Assembly: GCA_029565735.1 (NCBI GenBank)
Contig: JAKQNO010000138.1
Coordinates: 18,195 to 82,194 of the forward strand
Reading direction: 5' to 3'
Length of the DNA: 64,000 bases
DNA from: a bacterium
GTDB lineage: Bacteria; Oederibacteriota; PGYV01
Below are positions 19,733-28,581 of the stretch, one piece after another. The notes under the pieces are model-generated. The model was not told where the DNA came from, made no database searches, and saw only the letters and a list, made by a program, of their open reading frames with translations. The translations under genes were made by a program, and so were the position numbers. Within the stretch, counting starts at the first letter, position 1; each line of letters opens with the position of its first letter.

Positions 19733-20050
19733 TTATTTTTTATGCCAGCACAAATGCATATTCATACTTTGTCCCATTTTAGCAATTGTATTCACTTCCG
19801 CGTTGGGCGCGCCGTTCAGTATCCGTTTAACGACCTGCGGCCTTATTCCGGCTTTTTTCGCCAGTGCGTAAGGCGTAATTTTTTCTTTTACAAGCTCTTT
19901 ATTCAAACCTTCCACAAGGTGAAGCATTATCTCTTCGTCATAGCCTTTACTCGCGTTAGCGCTCTTTTCTATCAGTTTATCAAAGTATTTTTCCGGATTT
20001 GTTCCGTATACTTTTATTTTTCCAGCTTTGCCCACATATGTTTTTTTCAT
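19733..20050 (-). CDS. HTH (XRE-type) DNA-binding protein, HigA-like antitoxin candidate
   Basis: C-terminal HTH LAKKAGIRPQVVKRILNG. Encoded 11 nt downstream of a Gp49/HigB-like gene (toxin-first order). Confidence 0.5.
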   Translation of the reverse strand: MKKTYVGKAGKIKVYGTNPEKYFDKLIEKSANASKGYDEEIMLHLVEGLNKELVKEKITPYALAKKAGIRPQVVKRILNGAPNAEVNTIAKMGQSMNMHLCWHKK

Positions 20051-20061
20051 AATTATTCCTC

Positions 20062-20427
20062 CTATAATCTATTTCCGGATTTAGCCTTGAAATATCTTTT
20101 CATACGTTGTTCCGAAACCAACAAAGCTTCCAAAGGCGTCTTTTGGCTTTTCTTAATAATACCATGCACAAACCATGCCGTATCACCGTCCCAAAAGTAG
20201 AACAGCCTGATTTCTGTTTTTCCAAAACTTGGCCGCAATTCATAGATGCTTCCATTAAGTTTTTTTGCGTAAGGTTCCCTTATCATGGGGCCTCTTGTTT
20301 TTATCAAATCAAGATAATACTTAACCTTCCCCTGCTCTTTTTCGCTTAATTTAATCAAAAAATCCATGGCAAAACATTTATTTCCTTCCGTATAAAAAAC
20401 ATAATTGTATTCACCCACGTAAAACAC
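20062..20427 (-). CDS. Gp49-like (DUF891) RelE/ParE-superfamily protein, HigB-like toxin candidate
   Basis: ~120 aa. Pattern YELRPSFGKTEIRLFYFWDG...FVHGIIKKSQKTP is typical of phage Gp49/HigB-like toxins. Sits upstream of the HTH partner. Confidence 0.5.
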   Translation of the reverse strand: MFYVGEYNYVFYTEGNKCFAMDFLIKLSEKEQGKVKYYLDLIKTRGPMIREPYAKKLNGSIYELRPSFGKTEIRLFYFWDGDTAWFVHGIIKKSQKTPLEALLVSEQRMKRYFKAKSGNRL

Positions 20428-20454
20428 CCCTCTATTGTTTGTTTCTTATAAATA

Positions 20455-20483
20455 AATATAAACTTTAAAGTTCATAATGTCAA
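20455..20483 (-). promoter_or_regulatory. Sigma70-type promoter TTGACA-N17-TATATT for the TA pair
   Basis: Minus strand TTGACAttatgaactttaaagttTATATT. Inverted repeats TTAAGCAA/TTGCTTAA lie upstream and are possible operator elements. Confidence 0.35.
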
Positions 20484-20597
20484 GATTTAATTACAGGAAT
20501 TACGAAGCATTAAACCATAAACAATTAAGCAAAAGTGATACACATACATTTGTTCCGCTATGGCTTAATTGCTTAAACTATTAATACGATGTGTCCA

Positions 20598-23570
20598 TTA
20601 AAACAGAACATCCGCCTTGCTGTACGGGCAGATGTTGAAAAACGCGCAGTAGCGGCAGGTAAATGCCGCGGGTGTGGCTTCAAATTCTTCGTTCATTATA
20701 TGGCCTGCCACTTCGTGTATCTTCTCTTCGTATTCCCTGATTGTTTTTTCCTTAAAAGTCTTTGTCACAAGCATGGAACTTTTAAAGAAATACAGACCCG
20801 CTTCTTCCGGTATTTTTCCGAACATCTTTTCATACGCCAGGCAGTACAATTTAAGCTGCCTTTGAATATCCTGGCTTTTTATCTTTGTTTCGGCCTTTTC
20901 CTCGTCGCGGACATCAGAAGTTTTATAGTCCACGATTATTATCTTGCCGTCAATTTCGTCTATTCTGTCCCATCTTCCCCTTACGCCAAGTTTGTCATTA
21001 AGCTTAAATTCAAAATCTTTTTCAATATATTTCGGAATAATATTGTTTTGGCTTTCCTTGTCGTAAAAACGCTCAATGGCCTCTGCCGCGGCTTCGTAAT
21101 TTTTAATCGCTTCCTGCTGCGTTAAAAAACCCGCCGGCTTCCACATAGCGTCAAATATCTTCTTTAAATCATCCTTTGTGACTTTCCTGCCTTCCCTGCG
21201 CGCAATAAAAAATTCCGCAGACACGGCGTGCATAGCCGACCCAATCATGACATTAGGTTTGCTTCTGATGGGCATTTTAAACACGTGCACAAGTTTATAT
21301 TTAAACGGGCAGGTAAGGTAATCGTCAATCTGATAATTTGAAAGCTTAAGAAAGTCAGGTTTGGACTTCCTGCGCGCCTTTTCAAGGGCGGTTTCTTTCC
21401 TTTCAAAAAACTCAAATTTCTTAATTCTATCCGGCGTCACCGCAAAATCATCCGGAACATCAAACCCGGTTTCCTTTAAAAATACGCTTAATTTCTTTCC
21501 GCCCTTTCCGTCATACTGCCTTGCGGCCGTAAGAAAAAGCGCTTCTTTGGCCCTTGTCATCGCGACATAAAACAGGCGCCTTTCTTCTTCGTGAAAATAA
21601 GTGTCTTCATCAACTATATCATGCATAAGTGTTTCCGGGAAAGGCAGCGCGTAGTCAGCCCTTTTTCTTCCCGGAAATTTTTCCTGTATAAGCGCCGCCA
21701 CAAAAACAACCTTAAACTCAAGGCCTTTTGCCTTGTGTATGGACATCACCTGCACGGCGTCTTCTTTTACTTCAGACACAAATTCTTCCTTTGGATTCTC
21801 TCCGGATTTTATGCTTAAATCTATATAATTAACGAAATTATGAATGGTGTCGTATTTTTCATTTATGGAGAAATGTTTCATAATCTCAAAAAATCCGGAA
21901 ATGTTCGCCACTATCGCGTCCGAATCAGGCGTGTTTTCCTTAAACAGCCTGTCCAGAATTTTCTTCTGTTTTAAAAACTCAAGGACTATCTCGCCGGGCG
22001 GGATTTTTTCCGCCACCCTTGAAAGATAATGGTCAACATCCTTAATAAAACTTTTTATTTTTAACGCTTCTTTTTCCGGAATATTAAGTTCGGGGTATTT
22101 CTCGTTTTCCCTCATCATGTCAATTACCGCGGCGTTGTGCTCTTTGGCAAGGTTTCCAAGCTTGGAAATGACAAAAGGGTCAACATCATAGTGTTCGGAT
22201 ATTATTACATCCAGGACAGGGTTAAATTCATACGGGGCGGCAAGCATTCTGCAGAAGTTTATCAGAAACTGAACCTCTTTTTTATTATAAAGCCCTTCGT
22301 CACCGGAAAAAGCGTATGGTATGCCCTTTTTTTCAAAGGTCTTTAAAAACATCCGCGCGTCATTTTTTGCCCTTACAAGCACGGCAAAGTCGCTGTATTT
22401 GTAATACCCTTTGTCCACATATTGCTTTATTTCCGCCGCGGCAAAATCAGCCTCTTCGGAATAGTTTGAAAACACCTTCGCGTTAAGCCTGCTTATCCTG
22501 TGTTCAGGGGCGTATTTTGAAACCAGTTTTTTGTCCAGGTTATACTTTATTTCAAGCCTGTCTGTATTGTTCTGAATTACTTTGTGCGCCGCGTCCAGAA
22601 TCTCCTGACATGTCCTGTAGTTGTTCTTTAAAACAACCATCTCCCCGCTTCTGTAATGGTCCTTAAACCCCATAATATTGGAAATTGCCGCGCCGCGGAA
22701 ACGGTATATCATCTGGTCGTCATCGCCCACCGCGTTTATATTGCCCTGTTCTCCGGCAAGCAGTTTTATAAATTCAAACTGGGCGTAATTGGTGTCCTGA
22801 AACTCATCAATCAGTATGTATTTATATTTGTCCCTGTACTTTTTAAGGACGGATTTTTTTTCCTTAAGAAGCAGATACGGCACAAGGATAAGGTCCCCGA
22901 AGTCCATGCGGTTTTTTTCGGTCTTCAGTTTTTCGTATTCCCTGTAAAAACCCGCAAGCTCCCTGTGTTTCGCCGCAATTTCCCTGTCTTCGTCAGTTTC
23001 CGCTTTATCGGAAAAAGAGGCCGCAAAAATTTCATAGTCCTGCCACGTTATAAGGTTGTCTTTAAGTTTGGATATAAAACCCACAAGCTGGGCCAGATAC
23101 TGCCCCGGATTGTTAAGCGGCTTGTACAGATCAAGGTCAAAACAATCTATATTTTCCATGATAAGGATTACAGCGTCAGTTTCCTTTAATATTTCCCAGT
23201 CAGGGGCTATCTTTAACTCCGCGAAGTTCTCGCTTATTATCGCCTTGCCAAAGGAGTGAAAGGTTGATATCTGCGTTTCCGTCATTCCAAAAGGCACAAG
23301 TTTATCAACGCGCTCTTCCATCTCTCTTGCCGCTTTTTCAGAGAACGTAAGCGCCACAATCTGAGATGACAGCGCCTTATTTTCGCTTATCAGCCATGCT
23401 ATCCTTTCGGTTATTACCTTTGTTTTGCCGGTTCCCGCGCCCGCGACAATTAAAAGCGGGCCTTCGCCGTAGCGTATGGCTTTATCCTGCTGTTCGTCCG
23501 AAACAACACCTGATACCGCCGTAATTTCAGGCTCTGTTTTAACCTTATTTGTCTCTTTCTTAGCTGTCAA
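20598..23570 (-). CDS. Single-chain UvrD/PcrA-type SF1 helicase fused to a C-terminal Cas4/AddB-like PD-(D/E)XK nuclease with a 4-Cys (Fe-S) cluster
   Basis: Helicase motifs AGAGTGKT (Walker A), LIDEFQDTN, VGDDDQMIYRFRGA, YRTCQEIL and KAKGLEFKVVFV. C-terminal nuclease CPFKY...D...IVDYKTSD...CRYCAFFNIC. Starts with TTG and has a GGGAGAAGG SD. Confidence 0.8.
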   Translation of the reverse strand: MTAKKETNKVKTEPEITAVSGVVSDEQQDKAIRYGEGPLLIVAGAGTGKTKVITERIAWLISENKALSSQIVALTFSEKAAREMEERVDKLVPFGMTETQISTFHSFGKAIISENFAELKIAPDWEILKETDAVILIMENIDCFDLDLYKPLNNPGQYLAQLVGFISKLKDNLITWQDYEIFAASFSDKAETDEDREIAAKHRELAGFYREYEKLKTEKNRMDFGDLILVPYLLLKEKKSVLKKYRDKYKYILIDEFQDTNYAQFEFIKLLAGEQGNINAVGDDDQMIYRFRGAAISNIMGFKDHYRSGEMVVLKNNYRTCQEILDAAHKVIQNNTDRLEIKYNLDKKLVSKYAPEHRISRLNAKVFSNYSEEADFAAAEIKQYVDKGYYKYSDFAVLVRAKNDARMFLKTFEKKGIPYAFSGDEGLYNKKEVQFLINFCRMLAAPYEFNPVLDVIISEHYDVDPFVISKLGNLAKEHNAAVIDMMRENEKYPELNIPEKEALKIKSFIKDVDHYLSRVAEKIPPGEIVLEFLKQKKILDRLFKENTPDSDAIVANISGFFEIMKHFSINEKYDTIHNFVNYIDLSIKSGENPKEEFVSEVKEDAVQVMSIHKAKGLEFKVVFVAALIQEKFPGRKRADYALPFPETLMHDIVDEDTYFHEEERRLFYVAMTRAKEALFLTAARQYDGKGGKKLSVFLKETGFDVPDDFAVTPDRIKKFEFFERKETALEKARRKSKPDFLKLSNYQIDDYLTCPFKYKLVHVFKMPIRSKPNVMIGSAMHAVSAEFFIARREGRKVTKDDLKKIFDAMWKPAGFLTQQEAIKNYEAAAEAIERFYDKESQNNIIPKYIEKDFEFKLNDKLGVRGRWDRIDEIDGKIIIVDYKTSDVRDEEKAETKIKSQDIQRQLKLYCLAYEKMFGKIPEEAGLYFFKSSMLVTKTFKEKTIREYEEKIHEVAGHIMNEEFEATPAAFTCRYCAFFNICPYSKADVLF

Positions 23571-23726
23571 TTTAGCCTTCTCCCGTTATTTTTGTTTCAA
23601 ACGCCCTTGCGGATAAACCAGTATATAATACAATCCGTTTTATATAAAGCAATTGTTATGCCGTTATTTTTGATTTTAAACAAAGGTTTAAACAGGTTAT
23701 AGCCGTAAAACTGTCAGTTTGTGACA

Positions 23727-24770
23727 TCACTGCCTGTCAAATGCAAAATCATCCTTTTCAAACAATTCCACGCACGCGTCAACCGCCGGCGCGTAATACA
23801 GCTTCCCTTTGTTCACCTTAATCTCGTTTAAGGCAACCTCCGTGCCAAGCGCGGCTCTGTAGGGCCTTATTGAAGCCATAGCTTCCATAACATCCGCAAC
23901 ACTTATAATCTTTGCCTCTGTCATTATTTCATCTTCCGTTAATCCCAGCGGATATCCGCTTCCGTCCATCCTTTCGTGGTGCTGAAAGACTATCTTATCA
24001 ACAGGGAAAGGAAATTTAATGGTTTTTAAAATGTCATACCCCACCTGCGGATGCGTTTTTATTATGCTGAATTCTATCGTTGAAAGTTTGCCCGGCTTGG
24101 AAAGAATTTCTGCCGGCACATATATTTTGCCTATATCGTGAATTATGCCGCCGATATAAATGGCATTAATTGTCTCGTCAGGAAGCCCAAGTTTTACGGC
24201 AATCGCCTTGGCAAGCTGAGCCACCCTTCTTTGATGGCCCGCCGTATACGGGTCGCGCGTTTCCACAATTTTTTCCATGGCGAATATTATTCCGTCAGAT
24301 ATTGTTTTTAACTTTTCATAGCTCTCTTCAAGTTCAAGGCGCCCTTTCCTGCGGTCTATTATAAACCTGTTCCTTTCTATCGCGTAAAAAATAGACCTTA
24401 CAAGCACGCCTGCTTCTGTTTCGCCTTTTATAAGGTAATCCTGAGCGCCTTCTTTAACGGCCCTTAAGGAAAATTCTTTATCTTCCATTCCGGTAAGTAT
24501 CACAACGGCAATGTCCGGAAATCTTTCCCTGAATTTGATCAGCGTATCCATGCCATTGCTGTCAGGCAGGTTAAGGTCTAAAAGCACCACGTCAAAATTT
24601 TCCTGTCCGGCAAAAGCCATGGCTTCGCTTAAATAACTTGCGTTTTTAACGTTAAAAATATTCCCAGCTTCATCCTGCAGCGATATCTGCAGATATTTGG
24701 CAAGGCTCTTTTCATCCTCTACCAGAAGCAGTTTTATGTTTGATTCGCTGTGAAAAGAAAATTTTGCCAT
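23727..24770 (-). CDS. Response regulator with HD-GYP phosphohydrolase output domain (c-di-GMP phosphodiesterase type)
   Basis: REC domain (LLVEDE...DVVLLDLNLPD). HD-GYP motifs HQRRV, HDIGK and GYP (DGSGYPLG). Confidence 0.8.
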   Translation of the reverse strand: MAKFSFHSESNIKLLLVEDEKSLAKYLQISLQDEAGNIFNVKNASYLSEAMAFAGQENFDVVLLDLNLPDSNGMDTLIKFRERFPDIAVVILTGMEDKEFSLRAVKEGAQDYLIKGETEAGVLVRSIFYAIERNRFIIDRRKGRLELEESYEKLKTISDGIIFAMEKIVETRDPYTAGHQRRVAQLAKAIAVKLGLPDETINAIYIGGIIHDIGKIYVPAEILSKPGKLSTIEFSIIKTHPQVGYDILKTIKFPFPVDKIVFQHHERMDGSGYPLGLTEDEIMTEAKIISVADVMEAMASIRPYRAALGTEVALNEIKVNKGKLYYAPAVDACVELFEKDDFAFDRQ

Positions 24771-24881
24771 TTACATCTCCCTTTTGTACCCGCACTTATT
24801 ATAAACTTATATCCCTTTTTTGTCAAAAAAAAAAGCCCGTAACGCTGTATGCGTCCGGGCTTTATCGAACTGTTAAAGGCG

Positions 24882-25235
24882 CTACTTGCCTTCGTTAATG
24901 TATTCAAAAAGCTCTGCGGTTATAAGCTTTTTGTATATCTTGCCGTATTCAGCTTTATTTTCCCAGATAACTTCGTCTATTATGTGCCTGGTATGGCTGT
25001 CTTCCTGGTCAAGAATTTCCACTTCGGCATCGTATCCGGTACGGTGTATCTTTATTACCTTTAATTCCTCAAGTTTCGCGCAGGACTCTTTAACTTTGTT
25101 TATCGGAACTTTGGTCATTTCCGATATCCTTGCGCAGCTTACAAGCCCCTGATGCCGGTGTTTATTGTAGCAGATAATCGCAAGCGCCTCGTTAGTCGAC
25201 AGTACCTGTTTTAGATCCTCGTAACTTTCCCCCAT
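24882..25235 (-). CDS. Small putative winged-helix protein, unknown function
   Basis: 117 aa with an HTH-like segment (LVSCARISEMTKVPINKVKESCAKL). Has its own strong promoter. Confidence 0.3.
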   Translation of the reverse strand: MGESYEDLKQVLSTNEALAIICYNKHRHQGLVSCARISEMTKVPINKVKESCAKLEELKVIKIHRTGYDAEVEILDQEDSHTRHIIDEVIWENKAEYGKIYKKLITAELFEYINEGK

Positions 25236-25270
25236 AACACCACCGCCTCTCTTTTTTTCTTCTTGTCTGA

Positions 25271-25299
25271 AGTATAGCAGTGGATTTTAGTTTTGTCAA
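25271..25299 (-). promoter_or_regulatory. Sigma70-type promoter TTGACA-N17-TATACT
   Basis: Minus strand TTGACAaaactaaaatccactgcTATACT, ~35 nt upstream of the wHTH gene. Confidence 0.4.
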
Positions 25300-25356
25300 G
25301 TATAATGATAAATATTTAATACCTTACAAAAAACCTTACGTGTTTTAAATTTTCTT

Positions 25357-25977
25357 TTATTTATCTGAGTTTTCCATGGAAATATCTCTTAATTTCTTTT
25401 CCTGCAGTTCGTTCCACAGCGCAACAGAGTTGGCGTGTATTACATGCCCCGCGGCAATCAGATATGTCAGTTTTTCTTTTGCCACTTCCAGAGCAAGCTC
25501 ATTTAATGTTATGCTTTTGTCTTTTAAGAACCTCTCCCTTAATTTTTTGGACCCTATATATCTCCGCCCTGTTTCAATAAAATCAGATATATACACTATC
25601 TTTTCAATGTTGGTCATTCCCTTCCTGCCGACCGTATGATGCGAAATCGCGGACAGTATATCCTTATCAGTTATCCCAAAACGGTCACGCGCCATGTGGG
25701 CGCCCGTCCTGCTGTGAAATAAGGCGGACAGTCTGGGATATTTTAAGTCCCTTTTTATGCCGTGATGTTTCATATAAGCGCGCTGTTCCTCGTGATCCAT
25801 GTCTTTGGCGCAGTCATGAAGAAGGCAGGCAATTGCGGCTTTTTGCGGATCTTCCCCGAAACGGATAGCAAGCTTAACGCCTATTTTTTCGGCACCAAGC
25901 GCGTGCCGGTATGTGGTTTTATTAAGAAAATTTTTAATTTCCGCCCTTAACGCAAGCGGGACATAACCGTTGGCCAT
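25357..25977 (-). CDS. HD-domain phosphohydrolase of the YqeK type (putative Ap4A hydrolase)
   Basis: HD motif LLHDCAKD. Further His/Asp ligands. ~200 aa. Confidence 0.65.
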   Translation of the reverse strand: MANGYVPLALRAEIKNFLNKTTYRHALGAEKIGVKLAIRFGEDPQKAAIACLLHDCAKDMDHEEQRAYMKHHGIKRDLKYPRLSALFHSRTGAHMARDRFGITDKDILSAISHHTVGRKGMTNIEKIVYISDFIETGRRYIGSKKLRERFLKDKSITLNELALEVAKEKLTYLIAAGHVIHANSVALWNELQEKKLRDISMENSDK

Positions 25978-25978
25978 T

Positions 25979-26149
25979 TTATCTTACGCTGAAATAAATA
26001 ATAAGCGCGATTAAAACAACCGGTATCGCGATAATTATCAACCTGACCGCGGCTTTTACCGCCCTGTCAGAAAGCCCTATTGTTTTAATCCTCTGTTCGT
26101 GAAGCGCCATATCCAGATTTCTTTTTTTTGCCGCTTTATTTTTTTTCAT
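25979..26149 (-). CDS. Unannotated 56-aa single-TM peptide (MKKNKAAKKRNLDMALHEQRIKTIGLSDRAVKAAVRLIIIAIPVVLIALIIYFSVR)
   Basis: Not in the ORF track (<60 aa). ATG preceded by AAGGAGG at 10 nt. Basic N-terminus and hydrophobic C-terminus. The stop lies 2 nt before the yqeK-like ATG. Confidence 0.4.
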   Translation of the reverse strand: MKKNKAAKKRNLDMALHEQRIKTIGLSDRAVKAAVRLIIIAIPVVLIALIIYFSVR

Positions 26150-26343
26150 GGATACAAGTCCTCCTTATTTATTATTACTGTTTATCTTTAAACGTTGATA
26201 AATTATATCACGAAAGGCGCTATAACGTACGCATAAAATATATTCCTGCCTTATTAGATTACCCTTCATCATAATAAATAAGCCCTGCCGGCTTGTTTTA
26301 AGCAGTCCGGCAGGGCTGTATAAACAATACAATTTAAGATATA

Positions 26344-27573
26344 TTACTGTGTCCTGGCAAGGCGGAACCCGCATCCCCAATATTCCGTATAAGGTGCGGA
26401 AGCGTTACGAAGCCCGGTTGCCATTAAATCGACTTGGACATATCCGCTGCGGCATATGCGTGAAACCGAGTATGCGGGGCCCCTGTAGTCCGTAGAATCC
26501 CCCGGATAATCAGCCCAATTGTCCCAAACCCATTCATAAACATTGCCCGACATATCATATATATTAAGGGCATTTGGCAGTTTTCCGCCTACATCATGCG
26601 TGGTAGAGTTCATGTTAGCTGAATACCAGCAATAATCCCCGATTGTTGTTGAAGTGTCATACGGCGCGGAGTCCCCGGAAGCGTAATTTGCAGGGGTCCA
26701 GTTTGTCCCGTCAATATATCGCGCCGCAAATTCCCATTCCCCTTCTGTTGCAAGGCGGTAACCGTCGCAGTTCCAGTTAACGTAAGGATTATCCACGCTC
26801 CCTGCGGCTGCATTAACAGTGTTGCCAAACGAGCCGTCAGCTGAATTCTTTATTGGCGTTGTAAGAAGCGCGTCAGAATAATACACGGGAGTTTTTTCAT
26901 ACTTCTGGCTGTAAGCGTTGCACCAGACAATTGCGTCGCGCCAGTTAATGGTTGTAACAGGCTGAAATTGATTCGCTGACGGCGCCGATCCGAAGAATGT
27001 GGCATCCTCTCCTTCTCTGCCCGCGTTTGCAAATGTATACCCATTGCTTAAAGCCCACTGCCTTACTGTATACCAAAGTTCATAAGTTACCTGATATTTT
27101 CCAATATAAAAAGATGATATTGTATGGTCAAAACTTTGAGGCTTTTTGGAATCTGTCTGTGTAAAAGTTCCTCCGTCCACATATACAAAAACACGCGATT
27201 CTTCAGCTGTCTGTGTTACGTTTGGCGTATTTGCAGCTGTGCTGGTTAAAGTTACAGTCGGAGTACATGTAGCCGTTATTGTTATTGTGCTTGTTGCCGT
27301 AGCCGATACAATTTCCGTGGCTGTCTCTGTCTCGGTTATCGTCATCGTAGGTGTAACAGTAGATGTAGACGTAGCCGACATAATTTCCGTAACCGTGCTG
27401 GTCATGGCATTTACAGTCGTTTGCGTCGTTGTCGGTGATTGCTGTTCATTTGACACATCCGGCGATGTCGGCGAGGATTTTTTGTTACAGGATACCAACA
27501 GGACTGATACCAATACTGCTGCTGCTAAAAAAATTAAAACTCTCTTCATATAAGCCCCCTTATCAATTTGCAC
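26344..27573 (-). CDS. Lipoprotein with Thr/Ser/Ala-rich repetitive linker and C-terminal formylglycine-generating-enzyme (FGE/SUMF1) family domain
   Basis: Lipobox LVSC. ~80 aa of (T/S/A)-rich imperfect repeats. FGE-domain signatures YEWVWDNW...RICRSG...GFRLARTQ. Confidence 0.7.
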   Translation of the reverse strand: MQIDKGAYMKRVLIFLAAAVLVSVLLVSCNKKSSPTSPDVSNEQQSPTTTQTTVNAMTSTVTEIMSATSTSTVTPTMTITETETATEIVSATATSTITITATCTPTVTLTSTAANTPNVTQTAEESRVFVYVDGGTFTQTDSKKPQSFDHTISSFYIGKYQVTYELWYTVRQWALSNGYTFANAGREGEDATFFGSAPSANQFQPVTTINWRDAIVWCNAYSQKYEKTPVYYSDALLTTPIKNSADGSFGNTVNAAAGSVDNPYVNWNCDGYRLATEGEWEFAARYIDGTNWTPANYASGDSAPYDTSTTIGDYCWYSANMNSTTHDVGGKLPNALNIYDMSGNVYEWVWDNWADYPGDSTDYRGPAYSVSRICRSGYVQVDLMATGLRNASAPYTEYWGCGFRLARTQ

Positions 27574-27648
27574 GCCTGACTGATTACAGTTATTTTAATA
27601 AATATTCCCGTTAAAAACAATCCAATACAAAGTAATAATAATCAGTTT

Positions 27649-28581
27649 TTATTCCTGCAGCGAAGTGAACACAACGCCTTTCATTATATGGCGCTGGAAG
27701 AAACCGAATATTATTATGGTCGGAATCATTGACAGCGTTACCGCGGCCATTACAATGTTCCACGGCTGCCCTTCTTCTATCAGTTTGTATATTCCAAGCA
27801 TAAGGGTGTAAATACCCGGCTCATTTGTCACGATAAGCGGCCAGAAAAAGGAATTCCAGATATTTACAAAATTCATTATCCCGACCACCACAATTATGGG
27901 CTTTGAAACAGGCATTATAATTTTGAAGAAAATACCTGTTTCTGAATATCCGTCTACGCGCGCCGCCTCTATAAAGTCATCCGGCAGTTTGTCAAAGAAA
28001 CTTTTAAAAATAAAAATATTCACGGCATTGGCAAGGCCGGGCAGTATTAAAGCCCAGTATGAATTTATAAGGTTAATCTTCAAAAGGCCGGCGATTGAGA
28101 AATCCCTCATATAAAGGTAAAGCGGAATGGCAATTGTTTCAAACGGTATCATTAACGTGGAAAGGAATAAAACCACAAGCGCCGAATATAAAGGCGGCTT
28201 TAATTTTGAAAGCGAATACGCTGCCATAGCGCTTATTATTACCTGCCCAAGCACAACGCACGCGGCAACAATTACGCTGTTTATAAAATATAAAGTAAAC
28301 GGGGCTATTTCCCATGCTTTTTTAAAGTTATCAAAACCCAGCTCCGGGGTATTTATGATTTCAGGCAGAGGGTCATAAATCCTTCCAAGCGGCAGCATGG
28401 AAGAAATAATCATCCATAAAAAAGGAATTGTGACAAGAAGCGCGCCCAAAAAGACAAAAAATCCCCAGATTGAACTTACAAGCCTTGTCCCCGGATTCTT
28501 CATTTCATATTTCGGGAACAGGTAATTGGGTTCTTCCATTACATATTGTGTGATAACTTTTGACCTCTTCTTTTGCGCCAT
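27649..28581 (-). CDS. Carbohydrate ABC transporter permease (MalG/UgpE-like)
   Basis: 6-TM permease carrying the EAA-like motif (EAARVDGYSETGIFFKIIMP). Confidence 0.8.
   Translation of the reverse strand: MAQKKRSKVITQYVMEEPNYLFPKYEMKNPGTRLVSSIWGFFVFLGALLVTIPFLWMIISSMLPLGRIYDPLPEIINTPELGFDNFKKAWEIAPFTLYFINSVIVAACVVLGQVIISAMAAYSLSKLKPPLYSALVVLFLSTLMIPFETIAIPLYLYMRDFSIAGLLKINLINSYWALILPGLANAVNIFIFKSFFDKLPDDFIEAARVDGYSETGIFFKIIMPVSKPIIVVVGIMNFVNIWNSFFWPLIVTNEPGIYTLMLGIYKLIEEGQPWNIVMAAVTLSMIPTIIIFGFFQRHIMKGVVFTSLQE

Noticed and set aside
26165-26380. 71-aa minus-strand ORF between yqeK and the FGE gene
   Set aside because: It overlaps the 3' end of the FGE-domain gene in another frame, with no SD. 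The genuine small gene in this interval is the 56-aa peptide at 25979..26149.
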